The notes under the pieces: model-generated
Databases searched by the model: none
Told to the model about the DNA's origin: nothing
Seen by the model: only the letters and a program-made list of their open reading frames with translations
Part shown: one piece after another, positions 10,556 to 21,133 of the stretch
Numbering within the stretch: the stretch's first letter is position 1
Layout: the number at the start of each line of letters is the position of its first letter
Assembly (NCBI GenBank): GCA_963771885.1
Contig: CAVYVF010000002.1
Location: 434,208-498,207, forward strand
Length of the DNA stretch: 64,000 nt
Reading direction: 5' to 3'
From: Candidatus Bathyarchaeota archaeon
GTDB lineage: Archaea > Thermoproteota > Bathyarchaeia > TCS64
Position numbers and translations under genes: made by a program

Positions 10556-11004
10556 TCCTCGCCTGCCTCCAAGTTAAGAATGAACTCGCGTACGACGACG
10601 ACGGGGTCCGCCTTGTGGGGTAGCTGGAACTTGAACTTGACCCTGATGGGGTCGTTCTCGGCTATTACGGCGCGTCCATGGTATGCCTTTTGCTTGTCAA
10701 GGCGAATGTAGAGGCTTCCCTGTTGGTCTATGTGGTTAGGTAAATTCTGCACCAGGGTCGATTTGTCGAGGCTGCTGAACTTGTCAAGTATGTTAGCGAG
10801 GAAATTGGTCGCCTCCTTTTTCTTCACCGTCTTGGCAGTGAGGAGGTTTATGGGGTCTTCGTAGTGCCCGGAGAGGCGCTGGAACTCGAACTCGGGCTCG
10901 AAGCGTGCTAACCTCTTGACCGCCTGTTTTACCTTTTCCTCGTCCTCCGTAGCGTGGGCAAAGACGCTTATTTCGACGGCCTTTACGAGTCTCTCCTCGG
11001 GCAA
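10552..11004 (-). CDS. DUF54 family predicted RNA-binding protein
   Basis: HATEDEEKV, GHYEDPI, LYIRLDKQKAY. Confidence 0.85.
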   Translation of the reverse strand: MPEERLVKAVEISVFAHATEDEEKVKQAVKRLARFEPEFEFQRLSGHYEDPINLLTAKTVKKKEATNFLANILDKFSSLDKSTLVQNLPNHIDQQGSLYIRLDKQKAYHGRAVIAENDPIRVKFKFQLPHKADPVVVVREFILNLEAGEE

Positions 11005-11102
11005 AGTGAAACCCTTTCGCTGTATTTGTCATTCGCAGGCTTATTATGGGTTCGCACACCTTGGCAACACTTAACTTCAGGGATGCGCCCACTCTGCCCG
11101 GA

Positions 11103-11178
11103 GCGGCCGTGGCTTAGCGGATAGAGCATGGGCCTTCGGAGCCTATGGTCGAGAGTTCGAATCTCTCCGGCCGCGCCA
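11103..11178 (+). tRNA. tRNA-Arg(TCG), CCA encoded
   Basis: Acceptor GCGGCCG/CGGCCGC, anticodon arm TGGGC-CTTCGGA-GCCTA, T arm GAGAG-TTCGAAT-CTCTC. Confidence 0.95.
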
Positions 11179-11226
11179 TCCCTCAGCCTTTATCCGTGAA
11201 GAAACCAAACAGGGTATAGGTGCATA

Positions 11227-11823
11227 TTGTTGGAGAAGACTATCCTGTACTGCGATTCGCCAGGAAATAACACCGAGCTCGTCCTAGCGGCAGCGAAGAA
11301 ACGGGCGAAGGAACTGAAGATCAGGGATGTCGTTGTGGCGACTACCCATGGTGGGACGGCTATACGTGCAAAAGAGATCTTCGCCGACCCGAAGCTCAAC
11401 CTCGTCGCGGTTGGGATCGCCGAGGGGTACAGGGAGAACGGATGGTGCTTCACCGAGGCAGAGAAGGCGAAGCTCGATAAGGTGGGTATTAAACCGCTAG
11501 TCACGTCCCACGTGCTAGGGGACGGAGTCGCCAGCAGTTTCACCGAGAAGAGCGGCGGTAAGAGCATCGAGGAAGTTGTAAGGGACACACTCTACCGCTT
11601 CGGGCAGGGAATGAAGGTCGCCGTCGAAATCACACTCATGGCGGCTGACGCTGGGCTGATACCGATGGACCGGGAGGTCATGGCGATCGCAGGAACGGCG
11701 GAGGGTACGGACACCTGCATAGTGGTGAAGCCTTCGTACCCGAGAAAGTTTTACGACCTAGAGATTAGGGAGATCGTGGCGAAGCCCCGAAATCTGATGA
11801 CGGGCACGGAGATAGCGGCTTAA
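11227..11823 (+). CDS. pyruvate kinase alpha/beta-domain-like protein (COG1751/MTH1675 type)
   Basis: PGNNTE, VVVATTHGGTA, FGQGMKVAVEITLMAADAG. Confidence 0.82.
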   Translation: MLEKTILYCDSPGNNTELVLAAAKKRAKELKIRDVVVATTHGGTAIRAKEIFADPKLNLVAVGIAEGYRENGWCFTEAEKAKLDKVGIKPLVTSHVLGDGVASSFTEKSGGKSIEEVVRDTLYRFGQGMKVAVEITLMAADAGLIPMDREVMAIAGTAEGTDTCIVVKPSYPRKFYDLEIREIVAKPRNLMTGTEIAA

Positions 11824-11932
11824 ACTACCCTTTCGTAAGTAATAAACAGTTATTTGACATTTATCCGGGTTATGTATAGGAAAAGTGTCATTTCGTGGCC
11901 CCATTAGTTGGACCCGTCCCTCTTTTTTGGTG

Positions 11933-13216
11933 TTAGGGCTTGTAGAAGTAGGGGAAGCCCGCGTAGACCTTGATGCCGAGGACGAGGTTCTCGACGGTTA
12001 TGTACTCGTTGGGCTGGTGGGCTACGCCGCTTATGCTAGTGCCATAGCCTAGGCTGGGGATGCCGGCTATCTTGCTCGTACTTATTCCGTCGGTTCCACC
12101 TGTAAGTATCTTCATACTCGGCCTCTTACCAGTCACCTTCTTGATAGTCTTTGAAAACTGCTTGGCAAAGACGGTGTCGGGGCTCTCGTAGAAGCCCGCC
12201 TTGTCGCCTAGCCTAGCGTGGGTTTCGCGCCCCGACGCCACCTCGACGCCTGAAATGTTCGCCGCCTTTACTATGCGCTCTATCTCCTTCTTGACGGTGG
12301 ATACGCTGGCACCTGGGGTGAGACGTATGTCGAACTCCGCCTCAGCGTAGTCTGGGACGACATTGATCTTGACGCCACCATTGATGATGTTACATGTGAC
12401 GGATGGATAGTTGAACATGCGCCTGACCATCTTTTGAAGTTCAGGCGTCTTGGAGTCACCCATATAGAACTTGACGCTGTCCCTGATCGGCTTGTTGAGT
12501 GCCTCGGGGAGGTCGAGCTTGAAGTTGCCGATCTTGTAGACTTCGGGGATGACCTTGACGAGCTTCATGATGGCGTTGTCACCGAGGAATGGGGTGCTAC
12601 CGTGGGCTGTCTTACCCTTGGCGATGATGCGCGTCTGCGCCCCGCCCTTGCAGCCTAGGTCGATGCTCGGGCTCTCAGCGCCTCCTCCGTTGCCGTCGCC
12701 GATGATACAGACATCGCCCTTGAAGTGGCCTGACTCTGCGAGCCACTTGGCTCCGGCTCCGCCGCCTATCTCTTCGTCGCTTGTGAACCAGAACTCTACG
12801 GGGTGGGGTACCTTCATATTGCTGAGTATACGCGCGCTGACCATGGCGGATGCGCAGCTGCCCTTCATGTCGCTGCTACCCCTGCCGTGGACGACTCCAC
12901 CCTTTATGACACCGTCGTAGGCTGGGTATTTCCAAGCATCGGGCTTACCCTCGGGGACGACGTCGATGTGCCCCACCCATAGGACCTTGTGGTCGGACTT
13001 GCCGGGTATCTTTGCCACGATGTTCGGCTTCTTAGGGTCCTGCGCGTGAACCTCGTGCTCGATGCCGTATTTTTCTAGGTACTCACCTATGTAGAGAACG
13101 ATTTCGTCCGTGCGCCCCTCAGGGTGGGCGCTGTTGAACTTGACGAGCCCTGATGTGAGCTCGGCTACTTCCTTTCCAGACTTTTCTGCTTCCGTGAAAA
13201 TCTTCGAGATGCTCAT
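11933..13216 (-). CDS. M20 family ArgE/DapE-like deacylase/peptidase
   Basis: GHIDVVP, GRGSSDMKG, DEEIGG, GGTDG, AHQPNE. Confidence 0.9.
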   Translation of the reverse strand: MSISKIFTEAEKSGKEVAELTSGLVKFNSAHPEGRTDEIVLYIGEYLEKYGIEHEVHAQDPKKPNIVAKIPGKSDHKVLWVGHIDVVPEGKPDAWKYPAYDGVIKGGVVHGRGSSDMKGSCASAMVSARILSNMKVPHPVEFWFTSDEEIGGGAGAKWLAESGHFKGDVCIIGDGNGGGAESPSIDLGCKGGAQTRIIAKGKTAHGSTPFLGDNAIMKLVKVIPEVYKIGNFKLDLPEALNKPIRDSVKFYMGDSKTPELQKMVRRMFNYPSVTCNIINGGVKINVVPDYAEAEFDIRLTPGASVSTVKKEIERIVKAANISGVEVASGRETHARLGDKAGFYESPDTVFAKQFSKTIKKVTGKRPSMKILTGGTDGISTSKIAGIPSLGYGTSISGVAHQPNEYITVENLVLGIKVYAGFPYFYKP

Positions 13217-13261
13217 ATGGTGAAGAGGTGTGTGGAAGGTGGTTTTACCACTTTCCCCGAT

Positions 13262-13465
13262 TTACTTCGATTCTGTCTTGGATCGTGGCTTTAACAGCAG
13301 GAAGACGATGAGGGCAATGATGATGAAATCAACAAGCGCCCGCGCGCGCTTATTTAGGAAGTGAATGAACTCCTGACTGAAAGCCCTCTTCGGCGGGGGC
13401 AGTCGGCGCATGGTGGGCTTCGGGGTGAGCAACTCCTTGATCGTTCGAAACTCCTTTAAAATCAA
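13262..13465 (-). CDS. small hypothetical protein with a C-terminal hydrophobic helix
   Basis: 67-aa ORF filling an intergenic gap; one TM-like stretch. Confidence 0.35.
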   Translation of the reverse strand: MILKEFRTIKELLTPKPTMRRLPPPKRAFSQEFIHFLNKRARALVDFIIIALIVFLLLKPRSKTESK

Positions 13466-13532
13466 CTTCTGTTGTTCCTTAGTGACATTGAATCTGTGGA
13501 TATCTCGCTCTGGCGTTGAAAAAGTTGTTTGC

Positions 13533-14580
13533 CTAAGGAATGCTCCGTTCCTCGAGGCGTTTGAGCAAAGCGTCCATCTTCTCGGGTAAGAGCTTCCTTA
13601 TCGGCAATTGGTATGGGCAGCTAATCTCGCATGCGCCGCAATCTAGGCAAGCTGCGACCTTCGGGGCGACCTCTCTTGTCTGTTTCATGACACCTTCCGT
13701 CCATCCCATTCGGCGCAGGGTACTCATCTCGGTGCGGAGCACGAAGCTGATTGGTATCCCCGCTGGGCATGGCTGGCAGTAGTCGCAAGCGGCGCAAAAC
13801 TCGTCGCCGAGAGCGGTTCTATCCACCTCGATTGAGTCAAGTTCGTCCCTCGACAAAACTAGGTCTTCGCCGCAGACGGCGACGTTCTGCTCGACCTCAG
13901 TGATGCTTTGCATGCCGGGAATTGTGCAGTCGCAGTTCTTGTCGGCGAGTACAAACTTGAGGGCGGTCGAGGCGTTCGTGAAGGCGCCTCCCCCAAAGGG
14001 TTTCATGATGATTGTGCCGACGTCCATCCTCTTGCAGGTTGGTAAGAGTTCATTCCCCGGCTCGAGTGCAATGTAGTTGTAGCCGACCATGATGGTCTCG
14101 AATGGGCTGCCCTCGGCGATTATCCTGTTGAGGAAGGTTGGACTGTGGCTCGTCACGCCGATATGGCGGGCTATGCCCTCGTCCTTGATCTTTAGCAACT
14201 CCTCGAGGGCTCCGCCGGGCTCCTGCATTGTCTTCCATCCTATGTCGGTGACGTTGTGGAGCTGGTAGAGGTCGAGGTAGTCGGTGCGTAGGTTATTGAG
14301 GCTTTTAGCTAGATTCTCGCGGAGCTCCTTCGCCAGTCTTGGCGGGGCTCTTAGTGGCGATGAGTATCCTATCCCTGACGTCAGCGAGAGCCTTGCCTAT
14401 CCTCTCCTCACTCGTCGTATAGCCGCGCGCTGTGTCGTAGTAGTTTATCCCGAGCTCATAGCATCGCCTGACGACGCCGATCGCCTCCGCCTCGGAGACT
14501 CTCTGTATGGGTATGCCGCCGAAGCCCACCTCAGTTACCATGAGGTCGGTCTTGCCGAGCCTCTTCCTCCTAAGAACCAT
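13533..14580 (-). CDS. aldo/keto reductase with C-terminal Fe-S domain, apparent frameshift ~14330
   Basis: N-terminal GFGGIPIQR/YYDTARGY/ATKS continues after a one-base skip as LRTDYLDLYQLHN; C-terminal CAACDYCQPCP and CLDCGACEISCP. Confidence 0.88.
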
Positions 14581-14633
14581 AGATGAGGTTTAGGGATGAG
14601 GATTAATAAATGGTTTAGCAGCATGGGTAGTTC

Positions 14634-16526
14634 ATGAGCAATCCAGTCACGATGAACAAGCCGGGGGAGACGGTGCTTCTTATGGGCAATGAGGCAATAG
14701 TCCGTGGCGCCCTCGAAGCAGGTATAAGGATAGCTGCCTCCTACCCAGGCACACCGGCCTCGGAGATAGGCAACACTCTCGCTGAGATCGCAAAGGAGGT
14801 AGGCATCCACTTCGAGTGGTCGACAAACGAGAAAGTTGCCTTCGAGGTAGTCTACGGCGCCTCGATGTGCAACCAGCGTGGCCTCGTGCCGATGAAGCAC
14901 GTCGGGTTGAATGTAGCGCTCGACATTGTGGAGATGGCGGCACTCAGAGGCGTTAAAGGGGGACTCGTCTTCGTCAGCGCCGACGATCCGAGTCAGCATA
15001 GCAGCGGGCAGGAGCAGGATCAGCGCTGGGTGGCGAAGCAGAACTGTATTCCCGTCCTCGAGCCAAGCGACCCACAGGACGCCAAAGACTTCACCGTGCA
15101 GGCATTTGAGATATCGGAGAGGCATAAGCAGCCCGTCATGCTTCGTACAGTGACCCGCGTCAGCCACATGAGGAGTGGCGTTAAGCTCGGCGAGCTTAAG
15201 AAGCTTGACAGGGAGGCGAAGTTCGACTTCGAGCAGTTCAGCTACGTCGTCGCGGGTTTCGACAAGATGTTCTATGGCAGGGAGAAGGAGGCTAACTTGA
15301 AGATCGCCAGGATGGTTCTCGAGTTTGACATCTCTCCTCTGAACAGGCTCATGATGTCGGGGAAGGAGAAGGTCGGCGTAATCGCGACTGGGCAGACATA
15401 CAACTACGTCATGGACGCACTTGTCAAGTTGGGTGCAAAGGACAAGGTCGCCGTCCTCAAGCTGGGCACGTCAAACCCCCTCCCTGAGGGACTTGTAACG
15501 AAGCTACTCAAGGGCGTCGAAAAGGTACTCGTCACCGAGGAGCCCGACCCCTTCGTCGAGCTACATGTCAAGGCACTCGCCAAGGACGCCAACTCCAAGG
15601 TCGAGCTCTACGGGCGCATCGGAGGCAAGCTACCCGCAGAGGGCGAGTTGATGCCCTACATGGTCGACAGCGTCATCGCCGAGATGCTCGGGCAGAAACC
15701 TGAAGGTAACCCGCGCGCAGATGTCGAAAAGGAGGCGAAGGAAATGATTTTCGGCCGGATGCTCACAGTCTGCGCGGGCTGCCCCCACAGGCCTAGCATC
15801 TACGCCCTCAAGCGCGCTGTCAAGGCGGTCAAAGGCGACATCCATAAGGTCGTCGTCAACGGTGACATAGGCTGCTACGGGTTAGCTTGGGCGCCGCCTA
15901 TGAGCTACGAGGATACATACTTCTGCATGGGGGCCAGTTTAGGCGTAAGCCAAGGGATGAGCCAGGTAGGCGTCGATACCATCGCCTGGATAGGTGACGG
16001 TACTTTCTTCCACGCCGCTATACCCGCCCTCATGAACGCGGTTCAGACGAAGACAAACATAAAGGTCGTCGTCGCTGACAACAGCGTCACCGCGATGACG
16101 GGCTTCCAGCCCAATCCTCAGTCCGGTAAAATGGCGACAGGCGAGGAGACAAAGAGTGTCTCCATCGAGGAGATCGCCAAGGCAGTGGGCGTTGAGAATA
16201 TCGAGGTAACAGATGCCTACGACACGAAGGCGACCGAGGAGGCGTTCAAGAGGATGCTCAAGACGGATGGCGTCGCCATGGTCATCAGCAGGCGCGTCTG
16301 CGCCACCGAGGCGATCCGCAGGATGAGACCGAAACGCCCTGTCCCATACGAGGTCAACGAATCCAAGTGTGTTGGGTGTAAACTCTGTCTTAGTACATTC
16401 GGTTGCCCCGGTCTAAGTTTCGACGAGGCAGCGAAGAAAGCGAGCATAGACCCGACCATCTGCATGGGCTGCGGCGTCTGTGCCCAGGTTTGTAGCGTCG
16501 GCTGCATCCACGGGAGGGACGAGTGA
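14634..16526 (+). CDS. iorA: indolepyruvate:ferredoxin oxidoreductase alpha subunit
   Basis: MGNEAIVRGA, YPGTP, MKHVGLNVA, CAGCPHR, GDIGC, IGDGTFFH, C-terminal ferredoxin motifs. Confidence 0.93.
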   Translation: MSNPVTMNKPGETVLLMGNEAIVRGALEAGIRIAASYPGTPASEIGNTLAEIAKEVGIHFEWSTNEKVAFEVVYGASMCNQRGLVPMKHVGLNVALDIVEMAALRGVKGGLVFVSADDPSQHSSGQEQDQRWVAKQNCIPVLEPSDPQDAKDFTVQAFEISERHKQPVMLRTVTRVSHMRSGVKLGELKKLDREAKFDFEQFSYVVAGFDKMFYGREKEANLKIARMVLEFDISPLNRLMMSGKEKVGVIATGQTYNYVMDALVKLGAKDKVAVLKLGTSNPLPEGLVTKLLKGVEKVLVTEEPDPFVELHVKALAKDANSKVELYGRIGGKLPAEGELMPYMVDSVIAEMLGQKPEGNPRADVEKEAKEMIFGRMLTVCAGCPHRPSIYALKRAVKAVKGDIHKVVVNGDIGCYGLAWAPPMSYEDTYFCMGASLGVSQGMSQVGVDTIAWIGDGTFFHAAIPALMNAVQTKTNIKVVVADNSVTAMTGFQPNPQSGKMATGEETKSVSIEEIAKAVGVENIEVTDAYDTKATEEAFKRMLKTDGVAMVISRRVCATEAIRRMRPKRPVPYEVNESKCVGCKLCLSTFGCPGLSFDEAAKKASIDPTICMGCGVCAQVCSVGCIHGRDE

Positions 16527-17119
16527 TGGTGACTACTCGCATAGTCATTGCGGGTGTCGGAGGGCAGGGTACGCTACTTGCGACACGCCTCATCGCTGAG
16601 ACGGCAATAAGGAAGGGGCTACAGGTCCGCATCGGCGAAACGTATGGTATGGCTCAGCGTGGTGGCCCCGTTATGGGGCACATACAGATCGGTGAGGCGT
16701 ACTCGCCCCAGATCAGGCCGGGGGAGGCGGACGCCCTTCTCGGGTTCGAGATAGCCGAGGCAACGCGTAGGGGAGTCACCTATCTCAAGGAGGGGGGACT
16801 CGCTATAGTAAACAGCAAGAAGCTCCCACCGGTCGAGGTCATCAGCGGGATGCGCAAGTATCCAGAGGAGGGGGAATTGGTAAAGTTACTGAAGAAGGTG
16901 ACGAACAGGGTATCCGTCCTCGACGCCACAAAGTTAGCTGAGAAAGCGGGCGACCCCATCGCAACGAACATCGTCATGCTCGGCGCACTAGCCGTATCGG
17001 GCGTCCTACCCTTCAGCGAGGAGGAAATAATCGCCACGATGAAGGAGTCGATACCCGAGAGGTTCCTAGAGCTGAACACTAGGGCTTTCATGCTCGGCGC
17101 CGGGGCGCTGAGGAAGTAG
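16523..17119 (+). CDS. iorB: indolepyruvate:ferredoxin oxidoreductase beta subunit
   Basis: AGVGGQG, ETYGMAQRGG, NIVMLGAL. Confidence 0.92.
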   Translation: MMVTTRIVIAGVGGQGTLLATRLIAETAIRKGLQVRIGETYGMAQRGGPVMGHIQIGEAYSPQIRPGEADALLGFEIAEATRRGVTYLKEGGLAIVNSKKLPPVEVISGMRKYPEEGELVKLLKKVTNRVSVLDATKLAEKAGDPIATNIVMLGALAVSGVLPFSEEEIIATMKESIPERFLELNTRAFMLGAGALRK

Positions 17120-17120
17120 T

Positions 17121-18575
17121 CTATTCCTCCCAGAGTTTATAGCTAAGGGGGGAGATCTCGTCCGCCGTCTGTTTCTTGTAGTGGTGTTCGGGTATTCGAG
17201 CCCAGATATCCTCGCCTGCCTTCTGGACGTCACGTAGCAGCTTCATCTCATCGATCGTGGTGAGTTTACCGTCCTCGACTACTATCTTTCCGTCGACTAT
17301 GACCCATCTGATGTCGGCGCGTTGGCTGCTGTTTATTAGGTTCTTTATAGGATCGCGGTATGGGACGCCGTTGAAAGTCTCCATATCGACTACCGCGATG
17401 TCAGCGAGCGCGCCGGGAGCGAGTCGTCCGAGGTCGCTTCTCCCCAGCCCCTTGGCGCCGCCGAGTGTGGCGCTGTTAAAGATGTCTCTGCTCGCACCAC
17501 TGTGGCAATCCCAGTCAGCCAGCTTCGATGTGTAGCTCGCCATCCTCATCTCGTTCAGCAGGTCCTGGGGCACGGTGTCGGTACCGATACTGACGTTTAC
17601 GCCAGCCTTTAAGTAGGCGGTGTGACTGTGCATCTTGTTGCCTCTCTTAACGAAGACGAGTGGATCGTGGCTTACTGTGGCGCCGCTCTCGGCGAGTAGA
17701 GCGAGGTCGCCACCGTCGATGGGTGGGTAGCTGACCATCGGGTGGCCTGTGATCGCCCAGCCGTGGCCGATTATGAGGTCGGGGCCGAGCAGCCCGGTGT
17801 CTTTTAGGAACTCGACAGGGGTCCTACCGTACATCCTTATCATGTTGTTGAATTCAACGACCCATTGGCCGGCGTGGATAGTGAGGGGCACCTTGAGCTC
17901 GTTCGCCTTGACGCGTATCGCCCTCTGCAGGTCGGCACTGCACTTGTCGACTGTGTCGCCGTAGATGGCGGGGATGAGACGACCTCCGCAGGCACCCGTA
18001 TACTTCTTTACGAACTTTTCCGCCTCGTCTAGCTTCTTAAGCCCAACCTCGAGATCGAGCCACCTTGTTCGTAGGTCGGCGACGGGTACGCGGTCCCAGA
18101 CGCCGTCGGAGACTATGGGGCTCTCAGTCGCCCTGATGCCTAGCTCATCGATCGTCTTCACCGCCTTCTCAGCACCTAGGTTGGGCACCATGCTGATCTC
18201 GAGGATCGTCGTGTTACCGCTCTTGAGGCACTCGGCGAGGCTGAACTTGGCGAAGACCTCGTAGTCTGGCCCCCTCATCGCCTGCCCGAGGGAAGTGAGG
18301 TTCTCGCCTAGGCTACTCATGTAAAAGTGTCGGGCTCCCGTATCATCTATGAAACCCTTGTCCTTGGGAGCGCTAGCGGCGTGTATGTGGGTGTTGATGA
18401 GCCCAGGCATGACGAGCCCCGTCGGGGCGTCGATCCACCTGTCGACCTTCCCGTCGTAGCTCTTCCCGACGTGCTTGATTTTCTTACCCTCGACGACGAC
18501 TACGCCGTCGCGGATTATCCTATGCTCCTCGCCGTCGAAGCCGACGACGAACTTACCCCTGACACCGAGAGACAT
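17121..18575 (-). CDS. metal-dependent amidohydrolase (chlorohydrolase/deaminase-like)
   Basis: PGLINTHIH, GTD, LAPGALADI. Confidence 0.88.
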   Translation of the reverse strand: MSLGVRGKFVVGFDGEEHRIIRDGVVVVEGKKIKHVGKSYDGKVDRWIDAPTGLVMPGLINTHIHAASAPKDKGFIDDTGARHFYMSSLGENLTSLGQAMRGPDYEVFAKFSLAECLKSGNTTILEISMVPNLGAEKAVKTIDELGIRATESPIVSDGVWDRVPVADLRTRWLDLEVGLKKLDEAEKFVKKYTGACGGRLIPAIYGDTVDKCSADLQRAIRVKANELKVPLTIHAGQWVVEFNNMIRMYGRTPVEFLKDTGLLGPDLIIGHGWAITGHPMVSYPPIDGGDLALLAESGATVSHDPLVFVKRGNKMHSHTAYLKAGVNVSIGTDTVPQDLLNEMRMASYTSKLADWDCHSGASRDIFNSATLGGAKGLGRSDLGRLAPGALADIAVVDMETFNGVPYRDPIKNLINSSQRADIRWVIVDGKIVVEDGKLTTIDEMKLLRDVQKAGEDIWARIPEHHYKKQTADEISPLSYKLWEE

Positions 18576-18619
18576 GGGGGATGTGTACAGCCCAGCGGTT
18601 AAAAGGATGAATACGGGGC

Positions 18620-19465
18620 CTAGATGTTCTGGCCCAATAGGAGACTCGCGGTCACGGCGATTATGAGTATTATCACCGTCTCCGCTAGAGTGATCTTCCA
18701 GTTTACTCTCGTCTTCCGCGACCTGTAGCGGACGAGGAAGACGCCGACTATCACTCCGACGAAGCCGAGGGAGACGAGGATGTTGAGTGGGCTTGGCAGT
18801 AATAGATAGAGGCCGATGGGGATGATACCGGCGAAGAAGGTCGTGACACCGCTCACCACCGCCGCCTTAAGGTTCGACCGGTTCAGGTCCTTTCTGAAGA
18901 TGTTGAAGAGGCGCGAGATGAGGCGTAGGCTCTTCTCCCGCTCATCCTTGTCGGGGATGTCGTGGAGGCTGAAGTTGATTATCCTCTGCAGGCTGATGAT
19001 GTCGCTCAGGTCCTCCGTCTTGCCGCCTAGGAAGAAGCTGCTAAAGTTCGTTAGCGCCACGCTAGCGAGTGTAAGGAGTGTGGCGAAGATCGTGTGGGAT
19101 GTATCGAGGTTCGTCAGGTAGCTGCTCAAAATGACTACGAGGCCGGTGATGCTTCCGTCGGTGAGCCCGGTGACGGTCTCAAGAACGGGTTCTTCGCCGA
19201 CGAAGAGGTTCTCCCACTCCCCGCTTAGGAGGAGTCCGCTGCTCGTGAGCTCGACTATGCCCTCGGGTGTCACCACGACGAGGCCTTCAGCGGTCATCTC
19301 CACCATAGCATCGTCGAACTCCGTGGGTGTGATACACATGTCACGCCCGCAGATCTTGTCAAGCCTGCTCACTAGGCTGGTCCTCGACGCACGCTTCTTG
19401 TTCTGTAGCTCTAGCAGGGTGACGATTTTGATGACATCGGGGAGCTCCTGGATCTCGAAGGACAA
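18620..19465 (-). CDS. N-terminal winged-helix domain fused to a VIT1/CCC1-like membrane domain
   Basis: wHTH-like N-terminus ending in ELTSSG; TGLTDGSITGLV resembles VIT1 TM1; about 5 TM segments. Confidence 0.55.
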   Translation of the reverse strand: MSFEIQELPDVIKIVTLLELQNKKRASRTSLVSRLDKICGRDMCITPTEFDDAMVEMTAEGLVVVTPEGIVELTSSGLLLSGEWENLFVGEEPVLETVTGLTDGSITGLVVILSSYLTNLDTSHTIFATLLTLASVALTNFSSFFLGGKTEDLSDIISLQRIINFSLHDIPDKDEREKSLRLISRLFNIFRKDLNRSNLKAAVVSGVTTFFAGIIPIGLYLLLPSPLNILVSLGFVGVIVGVFLVRYRSRKTRVNWKITLAETVIILIIAVTASLLLGQNI

Positions 19466-19598
19466 GTTCTCACTCGCTGGGGACGGGCGTGGCTATAGCA
19501 TGTATCTTATAGAAGGCACGTAGAAAATGCTTACCCTCAGCCGTCCGTTGCGAGGCACCGCAAGATTTTAAAAGCGTCGCCCGTCTGCTTCTTGTCGA

Positions 19599-19994
19599 GT
19601 GGTGAACAATGTCCCACCAATTCGCTTGCTAGAAGCCGACGAGGGTGACCTCAAGCGGCTTCTACTCCGCGCGCTTAACGAGAACCAGGTTCTGATTCTG
19701 AGCAACATCGGTGGTAGCGGGGAGAGGGTCTCGCGCATCCTGCAGAGGATTAGCGAGACACGTGGCGTTCCGCTCTCGACGCTGAAGCTCAACGCTAAGA
19801 TACTAAGGGAGCTTAGACTCATCCGCTACGGCACGCTGTCGGAGCCGGATGAGGCGAAGCTGACGCCCCTCGGTAGGAACGTCCTCGATTTCGTGGACGA
19901 CCCCGCCCACAGGTGTGCGTCTGTCCAGCCGCCGCGGCTCCGCCCGGATCGGGGCAGGTGTTTTAAGTCATCCACCGCACATCTAGGCGACTAG
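19599..19994 (+). CDS. winged-helix DNA-binding protein
   Basis: GVPLSTLKLNAKILRELRLI...LTPLG wHTH pattern; C-terminus uncertain. Confidence 0.6.
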   Translation: MVNNVPPIRLLEADEGDLKRLLLRALNENQVLILSNIGGSGERVSRILQRISETRGVPLSTLKLNAKILRELRLIRYGTLSEPDEAKLTPLGRNVLDFVDDPAHRCASVQPPRLRPDRGRCFKSSTAHLGD

Positions 19995-19996
19995 CG

Positions 19997-21076
19997 ATGC
20001 CCGAAGCCAAGAAGAAGATGAACGCCGAGGAGGAGCTCAAAGACATATACACGAGGCTCCACCCCCAGGTTCTATCCGAGTTCGAGGACATGATGCCTCA
20101 GTACTGGGGCAGCAAGTGGAAGGCGAACACGAGCATAGGCAAGCTACGCACCGTGCTCGTCCACCGCCCCGGGAAGGAGTTCCTCAACGTTGGGAAGAAA
20201 ACGCCGTGGCCGCCCCACGAGGCGAGCCTGAACGCATGGCGCATGATGGAGAAGCCTAACCTCGACGAGCTCGTAAAGCATCACGAAAATCTAGTCAAGG
20301 CGTACAAGGACAACGGCGTCCGCGTCGTAGTCCGCGACCCCGATGAATCAGAGATGCCCTACCAGGTAAAGGCTATCTACACGGACGATGTCTGTCACCC
20401 CGCTGTCTACGGGCAGGTCATTCTGCGTATGTATGACTGGATCAGGATGGGTGAGGAGAAGCCCACCTACCAGACCCTCGCTAAGATTGGTTGCCCTGTT
20501 GTCGGCATGATCACTGGAAATGGCATGGTCGAGGGCGGTCCCTGCGGTTGGCTGGACGAGAAGCATATGATAATTGAGGTCCATTACCCGCGCGGCAACA
20601 CTGGTGACCCAGCTATACACCGCGCGAACGAGTCGGGCCACGAGCAGTATGTCCGCATCGTCAAGCAGCAAGACCCTGAGGTCGATATACGACTCGGCCC
20701 CGGCTACGGCACGAGGAAGGGCACCATCCACTACAGCATGATCGACCGTCACACGAGTGTCGCCGATCCCAGCTTCTATGACCAGTACCTCGTCGAGTGG
20801 ATGAGGAGGGAGATGAATTGGAACTTTATCACGCCCCCTGACGACCTCGTCAGCATCGACACCCGTGGCTTCAAGAAGGGTCCAGACACGGGTGTCGTCC
20901 TCGGCCCCATGAAGATCATGGTCCCGGCGGCGAATCCCAAGAACATAAAGTGGCTCGAGTCTATAGGTGTCGATGTCGTCCAGGTGGAGTGTAGTAGCCT
21001 CGTCCGCCCGCGGAACAGCGGTAGCATCCACTGTACGAGCGGTAGCCTTCAGCGCGATCCCGAACCCGTCGACTAA
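19997..21076 (+). CDS. amidinotransferase / arginine deiminase superfamily protein
   Basis: GKLRTVLVHRPGKE, VEGG, C-terminal GSIHCTS catalytic Cys motif. Confidence 0.82.
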   Translation: MPEAKKKMNAEEELKDIYTRLHPQVLSEFEDMMPQYWGSKWKANTSIGKLRTVLVHRPGKEFLNVGKKTPWPPHEASLNAWRMMEKPNLDELVKHHENLVKAYKDNGVRVVVRDPDESEMPYQVKAIYTDDVCHPAVYGQVILRMYDWIRMGEEKPTYQTLAKIGCPVVGMITGNGMVEGGPCGWLDEKHMIIEVHYPRGNTGDPAIHRANESGHEQYVRIVKQQDPEVDIRLGPGYGTRKGTIHYSMIDRHTSVADPSFYDQYLVEWMRREMNWNFITPPDDLVSIDTRGFKKGPDTGVVLGPMKIMVPAANPKNIKWLESIGVDVVQVECSSLVRPRNSGSIHCTSGSLQRDPEPVD

Positions 21077-21133
21077 CCGTTTTACCCGTAGCCGTGAAAC
21101 CGTTTTAATACTTGAGGAAACCATCCCCGTGTT

